NCBI GenBank assembly: GCA_963727845.1
Contig: CAVSHI010000006.1
Span: 169,558 to 233,557 of the forward strand
Length of the DNA stretch: 64,000 bases
Origin: Ignavibacteriota bacterium
GTDB taxonomy: Bacteria; Bacteroidota; Ignavibacteria; UBA10030; SZUA-254
Direction of reading: 5' to 3'
Positions 42,592-52,200 of the stretch are shown in pieces. The translations under genes were made by a program, and so were the position numbers. The notes beneath the pieces are model-generated. The model was not told the origin of the DNA. It worked only from the letters and a program-made list of their open reading frames with translations, and did not search any database. The stretch's first letter is position 1. The number at the start of each line of letters is the position of its first letter.

Positions 42592-43881
42592 ATGGAGCTC
42601 AAAGAAACTTCGAGAAAAGAACGGGCGGTTGTGGTCAGTGTTCTCACCGACCGGGGAGAACGCGCGCAGGCTGAGGAGTACCTGGAAGAACTTATTCTGC
42701 TCGCGGATACTGCAGGGGCCGAGGTTCGTCACAAGATCACGCAGGAACGGAGTGGGATCAATCCTGCGACCTTCATCGGCAGCGGGAAAGCCAAAGAAAT
42801 CGGAGAGCTGGTCGGTGAAGAAAGTATCGACCTGGTGATTTTTGACGACGACCTCTCGCCGGTTCAGGTGCGAAACCTCGAAAAGATCATCAAATGCAAG
42901 ATCGTGGACCGCAGCGGACTGATTCTCGACATCTTTGCTTCCCGTGCCCGCACGAAAGAAGCGATGACCCAGGTCGAGCTCGCCCAGCTTCAATACACGC
43001 TCCCGAGATTGACGCGACAATGGACGCACCTTTCCAAACAGTACGGCGGCATTGGAACCAAGGGACCCGGTGAGCAGCAGATTGAGGTCGATCGCCGGGC
43101 CATCCGCAAACGCATCGGCATGCTCAAAGAGAAGATCGAACGTATCGACAAAGAGCGTGTTGTCCAACGCAAGAAGAGGGGCGACTTCACGCGGGTCGCG
43201 CTCGTGGGCTACACGAACGCCGGAAAATCAACTCTCTTCAAATTGTTCTCCGGCGCCGAGGTTCTCGTCGAAGACCGTTTATTCGCAACGCTCAATACAA
43301 CGGTGCGCCACGTTGCCCTGTCGCCGACAAAGGGAATTCTCCTTTCCGACACGGTCGGTTTCATCAGGAAACTGCCGTCCCACCTGATCGCTTCGTTCAA
43401 GAGCACGCTCTCTGAGACGATTGAAGCGGACATTCTGCTTCACGTCGTCAACGTCAGCCATCCGCGGTATGAGGAACAGATCCAGGTGGTACAATCGACA
43501 CTCGAAGAACTGAAAGCTGCCGACAAGCCGACGATCACGGTCTTCAACAAAATCGACAGGCTCAGCGACCGTTCCGTGCTCACTGCCCTCACCAAGACGT
43601 ACGATCCCTCCGTAAGTATCTCCGCGACGCGCAGCATCAACATCGGGTCGCTCACGTCGAAGCTCCTTGAGATTGCAGAGCACGATGCCCTGGAGCAAAC
43701 CATCAGGGTGAAACAATCCGACTACCGGACCATCGCAAAGCTGCACGACATCGCTGAGATACTTGAGGAGCGTTATGAAAAAAACAATGTGGTGGTCAAA
43801 TTTCGCGTAAACTCAAAGAACATGGAACGTTTGAAAATCCTGTTCGGCGAGGACAAGGGTAGAAAAATCAAAATTCTATAA
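42592..43881 (+). CDS. hflX: GTPase HflX
   Basis: QVELAQLQY, GPGEQQIEVDRR, GYTNAGKST, DTVGFI, NKID. Confidence 0.96.
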   Translation: MELKETSRKERAVVVSVLTDRGERAQAEEYLEELILLADTAGAEVRHKITQERSGINPATFIGSGKAKEIGELVGEESIDLVIFDDDLSPVQVRNLEKIIKCKIVDRSGLILDIFASRARTKEAMTQVELAQLQYTLPRLTRQWTHLSKQYGGIGTKGPGEQQIEVDRRAIRKRIGMLKEKIERIDKERVVQRKKRGDFTRVALVGYTNAGKSTLFKLFSGAEVLVEDRLFATLNTTVRHVALSPTKGILLSDTVGFIRKLPSHLIASFKSTLSETIEADILLHVVNVSHPRYEEQIQVVQSTLEELKAADKPTITVFNKIDRLSDRSVLTALTKTYDPSVSISATRSINIGSLTSKLLEIAEHDALEQTIRVKQSDYRTIAKLHDIAEILEERYEKNNVVVKFRVNSKNMERLKILFGEDKGRKIKIL

Positions 43882-43904
43882 CTTCACAAATTTTTAAAAC
43901 CATT

Positions 43905-44711
43905 ATGCTCAGCATTGCCGTCGAAGCCGCCAGAGAGGCCGGAAAATTCATCAAGATGCACTCGGGGAAGATGCGAGAAATTCGACAGAAGGCGGATCAG
44001 GAAAAGAATCTCGTCACCGAAATCGACCGCCGGTCTGAAGAGATCATCATCGGCTTGATCAGGAAGCATTATCCACAGCACAGGATCCTCGCCGAAGAAA
44101 GCGGAGCCGGAGGAGCGGGCTCATCGGATTACCGGTGGGTCATCGACCCGCTTGACGGGACGACCAACTTCACCCACGGTTTCCCCGTGTTTTGCGTCTC
44201 CATCGGCGTGGAGCACAAGGGGGAGATAATCATCGGCGTCATCTACGACCCCAATTTTGACGAGCTCTTCACGGCGGAAAAAGGGAAGGGCGTTTTTCTC
44301 AACGGCAGGAAAATTTCCGTCTCGAAGATTCCGGCGCTGAACAAAAGCCTGTTAGTCACCGGTTTTCCGTACAACATCGTGGAAAATCCCAATAACGCCG
44401 TTGAACATTTTGTGAACTTCCTGATGAAAGCGCAGGCCGTCCGCCGCATGGGTTCGGCGGCAATAGATTTGGCCTATATCGCAGCGGGCCGGTACGAGGG
44501 ATTCTGGGAGGTTGACCTCAACCCGTGGGACATGGCAGCCGGGATCCTGATGGTTCAGGAAGCAGGGGGGATGCTGACGAAATTCAACGGCGAGGCATTC
44601 AGTATCTACGACAAGGAAATAGTGGCGAGCAACGGATTGGTGCATCAGGAAATGATGGACGTTCTCTCTTCGGTTGGATCAATCCGCAAAAAAAATCCCT
44701 CATCGTCCTGA
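43905..44711 (+). CDS. suhB: Inositol monophosphatase family protein
   Basis: WVIDPLDGTTNF, RRMGSAAIDL, WDMAAG. Confidence 0.9.
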   Translation: MLSIAVEAAREAGKFIKMHSGKMREIRQKADQEKNLVTEIDRRSEEIIIGLIRKHYPQHRILAEESGAGGAGSSDYRWVIDPLDGTTNFTHGFPVFCVSIGVEHKGEIIIGVIYDPNFDELFTAEKGKGVFLNGRKISVSKIPALNKSLLVTGFPYNIVENPNNAVEHFVNFLMKAQAVRRMGSAAIDLAYIAAGRYEGFWEVDLNPWDMAAGILMVQEAGGMLTKFNGEAFSIYDKEIVASNGLVHQEMMDVLSSVGSIRKKNPSSS

Positions 44712-44755
44712 CCGGAAATTCGGAGGGACCATCCTGGCGGAAGTGCAACGCCAAA

Positions 44756-45121
44756 CTATTTCTTTAGCTGCCGGAGTTTGAACAGGAGGTTTTCAAGTAC
44801 GTACGGCTTTTCAATAAAATCCTCAGCGCCGTATCGTTTCGAGTCCATCGCGAGCTTCAGATCGGCAACGCCGGTCAGCATCACTACCTTCGTGGAAGGA
44901 GTGTTTTGCTTGACAAACTTCAAGACGTCGATGCCGCTGACGCGGGGCATCCGGATGTCGAGCAGCACGATATCGAATTGCTCTTTCTGGAGGAGGGAAA
45001 TAGCAGTATCCCCGTCATCTGCCGTCCCCACCTGATACCCCGCTTCCCGCAATTCTGCGCCCAGGGCGGTTACAAGTGGCTCTTCATCGTCGACGAGGAG
45101 AACGCGTACCTGGTTATCCAT
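44756..45121 (-). CDS. Stand-alone response regulator receiver protein
   Basis: LLVDDE, LLDIRMP, MLTG, IEKP. Confidence 0.9.
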   Translation of the reverse strand: MDNQVRVLLVDDEEPLVTALGAELREAGYQVGTADDGDTAISLLQKEQFDIVLLDIRMPRVSGIDVLKFVKQNTPSTKVVMLTGVADLKLAMDSKRYGAEDFIEKPYVLENLLFKLRQLKK

Positions 45122-45276
45122 AAATAGACCTCTACATCCTAGTGTTAGTGAGATTCATCCTTTACTATGAACCGTGGCAAGGTAAACAAACCTCTGGAAA
45201 AAAACAACTCTTTTTCCCTTTCCATCAGGTCGCTTTGATCCAAGGGAAAGAAAAAATTCCCTGTTTTAGAGCTGGA

Positions 45277-46611
45277 TTATTGAACAGGCCACGGATGGAT
45301 GCCCGATTTGTCCAACAACGCGATCACAATTGGAAGTGGAGCTGTGCGTTGAGCGCTTACAACGAATGATTTTTGTACCCGCTGCCGCACGGATTCCACG
45401 ATATTATTCTTATCCGTCGAGAGGACAGCGAGAATATCGTTGTTTTCGACGTGGTCGCCGACTTTCTTTTTCAGCAGTATTCCGGCTTTCGGGTCTATCG
45501 CGTCATCCACTTTCGTTCTTCCGGCGCCGAGAGTAAGGCTCGCGAATCCACATTCGAGGGCATCGATACTTCCGACGTACCCCGCAGAAGAGCTCCGGAC
45601 CTCTACCACGATTTTTGACCGCGGATATTTGTCGGGATGATCGATAAACGTCGCGTCGCCGCCTTGCCGGCCCACCATCTCTCTGAACTTCCTGAACGCC
45701 CGGCCCGTTTGGACTGCCTCGCGACACAACGCCATTCCTTCCTCAACGGATTTCGATTTTCCCCCGAGGTGTACCATTGCTCCGCCGAGCACGTACGTCA
45801 ATTTCATGAGATCCGGGACATCTTTTCCTTTCATACAATCGATGCACTCGACAACTTCGTTCCAGTTGCCGATCGCATATCCAATCGGCTGACTCATGTC
45901 GGTAAGAAAGCCGACGGTTCGCTTTCCAAATTGTTCCCCTACGGCGATCAGGGTGTTTGCCAGTTCCATGGCGTCTTCCCGGGTGCGCATGAACGCGCCG
46001 CGCCCGGTCTTGACGTCGAGGACGAGCGCATCAATGCCTTCCGCAAGTTTCTTGCTCATGATGCTGCTCGCGATGAGCGGTGTGCATTCTACCGTTCCGG
46101 TCACATCGCGGAGCGCGTACATTTTCTTGTCCGCAGGGGCGATCTCACCGGTTTGTCCGATCATTGCAACCCCCACTTCCGCCAGGACCGCTTCGAATTC
46201 CGGGAGAGAAAGTGATGACCGGAAGCCCGGTATCGATTCCAGCTTGTCGAGTGTGCCGCCCGTGTGACCGAGTCCGCGCCCGGAGATCATCGGCACGGGC
46301 ACGCCGCATGCGGCAACCATTGGCGCGAGAATCAGGGAAACTTTGTCCCCGACGCCGCCCGTCGAGTGCTTGTCGATTTTCACGCCTCCGATGCGCGACA
46401 GTTTCACGATGGATCCGGAACGGAGCATGATATCGGTCAGCGTCGTCGTCTCTTCGAAATCCATTTTCTGAAAGTACACCGCCATCAGAAATGCCGACAT
46501 CTGGTAATCCGGAATGGTCCCGTTGATATACCCGTTGACAATGAACTGCAGTTCCTCACGTGACAATTTGCCGCCGCCCCGTTTCTTGAGAATGATTTCA
46601 GTAGGATTCAT
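45277..46611 (-). CDS. pdp: Thymidine/pyrimidine-nucleoside phosphorylase
   Basis: IPDYQMSAFLMA, DKHSTGGVGDK, SGRGLGHTGGTLDKLESIPG; start set at MNPTEII. Confidence 0.93.
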   Translation of the reverse strand: MNPTEIILKKRGGGKLSREELQFIVNGYINGTIPDYQMSAFLMAVYFQKMDFEETTTLTDIMLRSGSIVKLSRIGGVKIDKHSTGGVGDKVSLILAPMVAACGVPVPMISGRGLGHTGGTLDKLESIPGFRSSLSLPEFEAVLAEVGVAMIGQTGEIAPADKKMYALRDVTGTVECTPLIASSIMSKKLAEGIDALVLDVKTGRGAFMRTREDAMELANTLIAVGEQFGKRTVGFLTDMSQPIGYAIGNWNEVVECIDCMKGKDVPDLMKLTYVLGGAMVHLGGKSKSVEEGMALCREAVQTGRAFRKFREMVGRQGGDATFIDHPDKYPRSKIVVEVRSSSAGYVGSIDALECGFASLTLGAGRTKVDDAIDPKAGILLKKKVGDHVENNDILAVLSTDKNNIVESVRQRVQKSFVVSAQRTAPLPIVIALLDKSGIHPWPVQ

Positions 46612-46613
46612 GA

Positions 46614-46682
46614 AGATTGCCGATTGTGGATTTGGGAATGTCGAATCGCGAATTTTCAATTGCGAATTAGTGAATATTGGAT
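46614..46682. repeat. Degenerate heptamer tandem run
   Basis: GATTGCC-GATTGTG-GATTTGG-GAATGTC-GAATCGC-GAATTTT-CAATTGC-GAATTAG. Confidence 0.65.
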
Positions 46683-46702
46683 AATCCGGATCCGCACCAT
46701 TC

Positions 46703-47248
46703 TTATATTTTTCGATGCAAAGTCCGGAGGGCCTGGAGAATGGCGCAGATTGACTTTGCATCGATGATTTCTTTCCGGTCGATCATGGCGACAGCTTCCG
46801 TAAGAGGAATGATTTCGACGGTCATCGTTTGTTCACCTTCTTCGAGCTTCCGCCCGCCGGGTGCCTTCGAGAGACCGGTTGCGAGATAAATATGGAGAAC
46901 CTCCGTACAGAATCCGGGGGAAGAGTAAATTGCAAACAATTTCTTCCACTCTTTCGCCAGGTATCCTGTTTCTTCTTCGAGTTCACGCTGCGCGCAGTGG
47001 AGAGGATCCTCGCCCTTGTCGAGTTTGCCGGCGGGCAGTTCCCTCAGAAACTCGTTGATGGGGTAGCGATGCTGACGGATCAGGATGATCTTTTCGTCGG
47101 GGAAGACCGCCAGCACGACCGCACCGCCGGGGTGTTCTGCAACTTCGCGGATTGCGGTCCGTCCTGAATCATACTGGACGTCGTCGACGACCACGTTGAA
47201 CACTTTTCCCTCGTACAGTCTATTTCGTTTGAGCAGCTTGAGGTGCAT
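46703..47248 (-). CDS. NUDIX hydrolase, ADP-ribose pyrophosphatase-like
   Basis: REVAEHPGGA, ELPAGKLDKGE...AQRELEEETG, SPGFCTE, IIDAKS. Confidence 0.9.
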   Translation of the reverse strand: MHLKLLKRNRLYEGKVFNVVVDDVQYDSGRTAIREVAEHPGGAVVLAVFPDEKIILIRQHRYPINEFLRELPAGKLDKGEDPLHCAQRELEEETGYLAKEWKKLFAIYSSPGFCTEVLHIYLATGLSKAPGGRKLEEGEQTMTVEIIPLTEAVAMIDRKEIIDAKSICAILQALRTLHRKI

Positions 47249-48335
47249 CGGGATTGACGATGTGAATGATCCGCCGTGGATACGAGATGTCAAGACCTTC
47301 TTTAGCAAACGCGGAGAAGATATGCTCGCGGAGGGTTGTTTCGATTGCGAATTTCTTTTTGAAATCGGCCGTTCGGCCGACGAGCCGGAATGTCATTCCG
47401 GCGTCCCCGTATGCGATCAGGAATACCTCGGGGGCCGGGTCCTGCAATATGTCGGGATGGTTCCGGGCAAGTCCCGTGAGAATCTGTTTGACTTTCATCA
47501 AATCCGTCCCGGGGCCCATGGTGAGTTCGACCATCACGCGCATTGTGCGGTTAGGATAGGAATAGTTGACAATGAAATTCTTGACCAGCTCCGAGTTCGG
47601 GACAACGACGAGATTATTGTCATAATTCAGGAGTCTGGTGCTGCGGAGGCCGATATGAGTGACGTCGCCCTCATCTCCCGACGGCACTTTGATGCGGTCG
47701 CCGACTCTGAAGGGCTGGTCGACGAGGATCACGAATCCGGCAATCATGTTGGCAACCGTTTCCTGGGCTGCCAGAGCAACGGCGAGAGACCCGACACCGA
47801 GCGATACCAGGAGACTTCCGATATTAATGCCGAAATGATCGAGGATGATGACCCCCGCGATGAGGAACAGAACGAGATCGATGATTCTCGAAACCAGCGG
47901 GACAAGGGTCGGTGCAACGTCTCCGTGCGTTCTCTCATCTGCCTTGTTAAAATACCATTCGAAAGTCGTTTCGATGAGCCGGCTCACGAGGCGCGTGAGC
48001 ACGAGGACAAGAATGAGGAACAGCACGACGCTCAGATAGTCGAGAACCTGATGGTGCGTGACGTGCTCGGGCGTGAGGGCTTTTCGCACTTCCCGGATAC
48101 CGATGTAGAAGCCGGCAATGATGCTCAGAGCCACGATTCGCGATTGAACGACATCGGCGATCCTGTCGTCGAGCGTCGTCTTCGTGAAGGAGAAGAGCTT
48201 CTTCAGAACCGTCGCGAATGAGTACTTTAGAACTTTCCCGATCACGGCGGAAGCAACGATGATGATGAGCGCGGTGATGCCGTGCTGCAGGATCGCGTCG
48301 TTGATCAGGCTCGTTGACAATTGCTGGTCAGGCAT
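47220..48335 (-). CDS. MscS-family mechanosensitive channel
   Basis: [43 protein letters not shown]. Confidence 0.92.
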   Translation of the reverse strand: MPDQQLSTSLINDAILQHGITALIIIVASAVIGKVLKYSFATVLKKLFSFTKTTLDDRIADVVQSRIVALSIIAGFYIGIREVRKALTPEHVTHHQVLDYLSVVLFLILVLVLTRLVSRLIETTFEWYFNKADERTHGDVAPTLVPLVSRIIDLVLFLIAGVIILDHFGINIGSLLVSLGVGSLAVALAAQETVANMIAGFVILVDQPFRVGDRIKVPSGDEGDVTHIGLRSTRLLNYDNNLVVVPNSELVKNFIVNYSYPNRTMRVMVELTMGPGTDLMKVKQILTGLARNHPDILQDPAPEVFLIAYGDAGMTFRLVGRTADFKKKFAIETTLREHIFSAFAKEGLDISYPRRIIHIVNPDAPQAAQTK

Positions 48336-48918
48336 TTTTTCCGGTGGGATTGTTTTCTCTGCTGCCGGGTTTATGGATCGGTACACCTTTCGCGCACAGG
48401 GGGCACGTGTCGGGAGCGTATGTAACGACCTTCATGGTGATCGTGGCGAAGAGATTCTCAAGCGCTACCGTTCCTCCGCTCCGGTCGACGATGGCTCCGA
48501 CGCCGGCAACCGCCCCGCCCAGGCGTTTCACGATGGCGATGACCTCACCGACGGAGCCGCCTGTCGTGATCACGTCTTCGCAGACGAGGACGCGTTCGCC
48601 TTTTTTGATTTCGAACCCGCGGCGAAGCTGCATCACGCCGTCTTTTCGTTCAGCGAACAGTGTCCGTGCGTCAAGCTGTCGCCCCACCTCCTGGCCGACG
48701 ACGATCCCGCCAAGCGCGGGGGCGATGACGACATCAATGTCTTCGCCATTGAACCGCCCTGCGATAATTCCACAGAGTGTCGCAGCATGCTGGGGGTGCT
48801 GCAAAACCTTCGCGCATTGAAAGTATTGAGAGCTGTGCAAGCCTGAAGTCAGCTGGAAGTGGCCCTCAAGCAGCGCGTTTGTTTGCTTGAATATTGATAG
48901 GATTTGTTCGTGGGTCAT
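48328..48918 (-). CDS. pyrE: Orotate phosphoribosyltransferase
   Basis: [25 protein letters not shown] loop, KPGSR. Confidence 0.93.
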   Translation of the reverse strand: MTHEQILSIFKQTNALLEGHFQLTSGLHSSQYFQCAKVLQHPQHAATLCGIIAGRFNGEDIDVVIAPALGGIVVGQEVGRQLDARTLFAERKDGVMQLRRGFEIKKGERVLVCEDVITTGGSVGEVIAIVKRLGGAVAGVGAIVDRSGGTVALENLFATITMKVVTYAPDTCPLCAKGVPIHKPGSRENNPTGKNA

Positions 48919-48945
48919 GGACACAGGGATATCACTAAGCGAAGT

Positions 48946-49482
48946 TTATCTGTTTACTTTGTATTTCGCACGTTTTTCCTTAACACGAAAACCGATTTCG
49001 CGCTTCGGCTTTTCAGGAGGAGTGAGAAATTGTCTCAGTGCATCGAACACCATTTTGAATTGAGAGTCATATTTCTTTTCTAATTCGTCCAATCTCCTTG
49101 CCAGCTCCTTGTGGTCTATGAGCATTCTTCTCAATTGAACGAACGTCTTAATGATTTGGATATTAACCTGAATTGCACGTCTGCTGCGTAAGATACTTGA
49201 AAGCATAGCAACACCCTGTTCTGTGAATGCGTACGGCAATTGATATGAGAATTTCATGTCTTGCAGGTGGTCACAATTTGTGACCACCTCGTCCCACTCC
49301 TCTCTTGATAATTGGAACATGAACTCTCTCGGGAATCGTTCGATGTTGCGCTTTACTGCCTGGTTTATAGCTTTTGTGGTCACCTCATATAACTCTGCGA
49401 GGTGTCTGTCAATCATCACTTTTTCACCTCGGATGAGGAAGATTCGTTGGTGAATAGTCTCTTGTGGAATGATATTACTCAT
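48946..49482 (-). CDS. ORF6N (KilA-N-like) DNA-binding domain protein
   Basis: [48 protein letters not shown]-terminus. Confidence 0.9.
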   Translation of the reverse strand: MSNIIPQETIHQRIFLIRGEKVMIDRHLAELYEVTTKAINQAVKRNIERFPREFMFQLSREEWDEVVTNCDHLQDMKFSYQLPYAFTEQGVAMLSSILRSRRAIQVNIQIIKTFVQLRRMLIDHKELARRLDELEKKYDSQFKMVFDALRQFLTPPEKPKREIGFRVKEKRAKYKVNR

Positions 49483-49530
49483 TTCATTTCCAACTTATCA
49501 GTCGCTCCCGGCATATCGTTGTCTATACCG

Positions 49531-49806
49531 TTACAATTTGTCTATCTCTCTCGCCAGCGTAAAGTCCTTCGTCGTCAAGCCGCCTTCGCTGTGTGTCGAC
49601 AACGTCAGGGTTATTCTGCTCCAACGGATGTCGATATCCGGATGGTGATTTGCTTTTTCGGCCAGCAGTGCAACGGAATTTACGAATCTCATTGCATGAG
49701 CAAAATCCTTGAACTCGAACGTTCTCCTGATGTCGTTACCGACCAAACTCCAGCCTTTTACGGTTTGAAGCTCTTCAATGATCTGTCCACTCGCAAGCAG
49801 CGCCAT
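49531..49806 (-). CDS. Pterin-4-alpha-carbinolamine dehydratase
   Basis: FKDF, AEKANHHPDI, STHSEGGLTTKD. Confidence 0.92.
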   Translation of the reverse strand: MALLASGQIIEELQTVKGWSLVGNDIRRTFEFKDFAHAMRFVNSVALLAEKANHHPDIDIRWSRITLTLSTHSEGGLTTKDFTLAREIDKL

Positions 49807-49822
49807 AGAAATCCGCCCTCTA

Positions 49823-50344
49823 TCAGAAAGAAGTCTTTTGAGAATCCATCATCTTCTTCCATTCGCTCCGCAGGATGATATGTTTCGAATCGATCGCGCG
49901 GTCGATCGCGAGGATCCCGTCGATGTGGTCAATTTCATGCTGGAGCAACTCCGAAAGCCTTCCGGCAGCCGGGAGCGAGTGCCGTTTCCCATGGCCGTCA
50001 AAATATTCCACCGTAACATTGACGTGCCTTCTGACCTTTACCAGGATATCGGGGAACGAAAAACAATCATCCCAGAGGGTCATGAGACTCCTGGAACGTT
50101 TGACGATCCGGGGATTGACCAGAGGCAGCGGCTCGTCGAGGTTGATGAATATGATTCGCTGGGAGATGCCGATTTGTGGGGCGGCAATGCCGCTTCCGAA
50201 GCCGCGCCTTTTCCGAAAATCGGCGAGTGTGTTTCGCAGGTCATCGATCGTCCGGCGGACGGAACGGTGAGAAAAGTCCCTGACCTTCTCGCACTTCCTG
50301 CGAAGGATGGGGTTCCCGAGAAGAAGAATTTCTTTGACCGGCAT
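49823..50344 (-). CDS. def: Peptide deformylase family protein with variant motif 2
   Basis: GSGIAAPQIG, DDCFS in place of EGCLS, QHEIDHIDG. Confidence 0.85.
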   Translation of the reverse strand: MPVKEILLLGNPILRRKCEKVRDFSHRSVRRTIDDLRNTLADFRKRRGFGSGIAAPQIGISQRIIFINLDEPLPLVNPRIVKRSRSLMTLWDDCFSFPDILVKVRRHVNVTVEYFDGHGKRHSLPAAGRLSELLQHEIDHIDGILAIDRAIDSKHIILRSEWKKMMDSQKTSF

Positions 50345-50393
50345 GGTTCACTCCGGTATTTGATGGTAAGAAATGTTTACGCGTGAATTCATA

Positions 50394-51212
50394 TCAAAAG
50401 AATCCCTCGGCTCTCCGGACTTTCCCCAGCGTGTGACCGAGAAACCGCTCCCCGACTTCCGCAAACTTGTGGGGAATATCGCTGACGAAAAGCTGAACGT
50501 TCGCTCTGTGCTTGCTGGGGTTGCGCAGTCCGCGCTCGCCGAGAATTCGCTCCACTTCTTCCGCGACGGCCTCGCCCGAATCGATCAACCGGACACCGTC
50601 ACCGAACACGGCGGCAATGGCATGCTTGAGAATCGGGTAATGGGTGCACCCCAGGACAAGGGTGTCGATTTTTTGAAGCTTCATCGGGAACAGATACTCC
50701 TTCGCTATTAACTCCGTCGCTTTGTGGTCAATCCAGCCCTCTTCAGCCAGCGGAACGAAGAGCGGGCACGGCTGCGCCACGACGGTGATGGAAGTGTCGA
50801 GCAAATGAAGTGCGTTGGTGTAGGCGTTGCTGGCGATCGTTCCGACCGTTCCTATAACGCCTACACGTTTTCCTTTCGTTGCTTCCACGGCGGCTTTCGC
50901 GCCGGGGACGATGACGCCGACGACCGGAACGTTGGCATGCTTCTGCACAACGTCGAGCGCCACCGAGGAAACAGTGTTGCAGGCGACGACGATCATTTTC
51001 ACGTCGTGGCTCATCAGAAAATCGGTATCCCGCGCCGCGTATTCGCGAACTGTTTGCGGCGACTTCGAGCCGTACGGAACGCGGGCAGTGTCTCCGAAGT
51101 AGACGATGTTTTCGTGCGGGAGATGCCGCGTCAGGGCGCGAACGACCGTGAGTCCGCCAATGCCGGAATCGAACACACCGATGGGCTTTGAATGCAAGGG
51201 CTTTGTGGTCAT
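50394..51212 (-). CDS. murI: Glutamate racemase
   Basis: FDSGIGGLTV, VACNT, LGCTHYP. Confidence 0.96.
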   Translation of the reverse strand: MTTKPLHSKPIGVFDSGIGGLTVVRALTRHLPHENIVYFGDTARVPYGSKSPQTVREYAARDTDFLMSHDVKMIVVACNTVSSVALDVVQKHANVPVVGVIVPGAKAAVEATKGKRVGVIGTVGTIASNAYTNALHLLDTSITVVAQPCPLFVPLAEEGWIDHKATELIAKEYLFPMKLQKIDTLVLGCTHYPILKHAIAAVFGDGVRLIDSGEAVAEEVERILGERGLRNPSKHRANVQLFVSDIPHKFAEVGERFLGHTLGKVRRAEGFF

Positions 51213-51222
51213 AAACTGAAGC

Positions 51223-51293
51223 AATATAGGAAATCGAGCCGGATTTATCAACCGCCGAATCCCCTTGAAATCCGGCAAGATTTTAGCTATCTT
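51223..51293. promoter_or_regulatory. Back-to-back sigma70 promoters for murI and nadE
   Basis: Minus: TTGATA(51251-46)-17-TATATT(51228-23); plus: TTGAAA(51265-70)-17-TATCTT(51288-93). Confidence 0.7.
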
Positions 51294-51301
51294 TCAACCC
51301 T

Positions 51302-52144
51302 ATGGAAACGACGGGAAAAGCAACATCAAATCTGAAATTGAATACGGACCTCGTCCGAAAGCTCCTTGTGGATTTCATCCGCGATGAGGTTTCTACGGCC
51401 GGTTTTAAGAAGGGAGTTGTCGGCGTCTCCGGCGGAGTCGATTCAGCGGTTGTCGTTGCCCTCGCCGCAGAGGCCCTTGGGAAGAAAAATGTCCTCGCCG
51501 TCATCATGCCGTACAAAACCAGTGACCCTTCCAGTGCGTCAGACGCCAAACTTCTTGTCGAGCAGCTCGGTATCCGCAGCGAGACGGTCGATATTACGCC
51601 GATGGTCGACCCGTTCATCGCCAACAATCGCAGGATGGATAACGTCCGCAAGGGGAACGTGATGGCCAGAGAGCGGATGATTGTGCTGTACGATATTTCG
51701 TCAAGGGAGAACGCGCTTGTTGTCGGAACGAGCAACAAGACGGAAGTGCTGTTGGGATATGGAACGCTTTTCGGCGATACTGCGTGCGCCATCAATCCGA
51801 TCGGCGATTTGTACAAAACACAGGTTTGGCAGCTGGCGGAAGCGATCGGAATTCCGAAGAAGATTGTGAGGAAGAAACCGTCGGCCGACCTCTGGCAGGG
51901 ACAGACGGACGAGGGCGAGTTGGGGTTTAGCTATAAGCAGGTCGACCGGCTTCTCTATTATCTTGTCGACGAGCGTTTGACCGAGGAAGAGCTGGTTCCG
52001 CTCGGTATCGAAAAGAAGTTTATCGCGAAAGTGAAGCGCATCGTGCAGCGCAACCAGTTCAAGCGCCGGCCTCCCGTCATTGCGAAAGTTTCTCACCGTA
52101 CGGTCAATATCGATTTCCGCTACGCAAGAGATTGGGGAACCTGA
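51302..52144 (+). CDS. nadE: NH3-dependent NAD+ synthetase
   Basis: GVSGGVDS, GNVMARERM, GTSNKTE, PSADLWQGQTDE. Confidence 0.95.
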   Translation: METTGKATSNLKLNTDLVRKLLVDFIRDEVSTAGFKKGVVGVSGGVDSAVVVALAAEALGKKNVLAVIMPYKTSDPSSASDAKLLVEQLGIRSETVDITPMVDPFIANNRRMDNVRKGNVMARERMIVLYDISSRENALVVGTSNKTEVLLGYGTLFGDTACAINPIGDLYKTQVWQLAEAIGIPKKIVRKKPSADLWQGQTDEGELGFSYKQVDRLLYYLVDERLTEEELVPLGIEKKFIAKVKRIVQRNQFKRRPPVIAKVSHRTVNIDFRYARDWGT

Positions 52145-52200
52145 AAAGCGCAGCATTTCTTCGGAATTCTTTTTTGAGACATTGATACTGCCGCCACACC

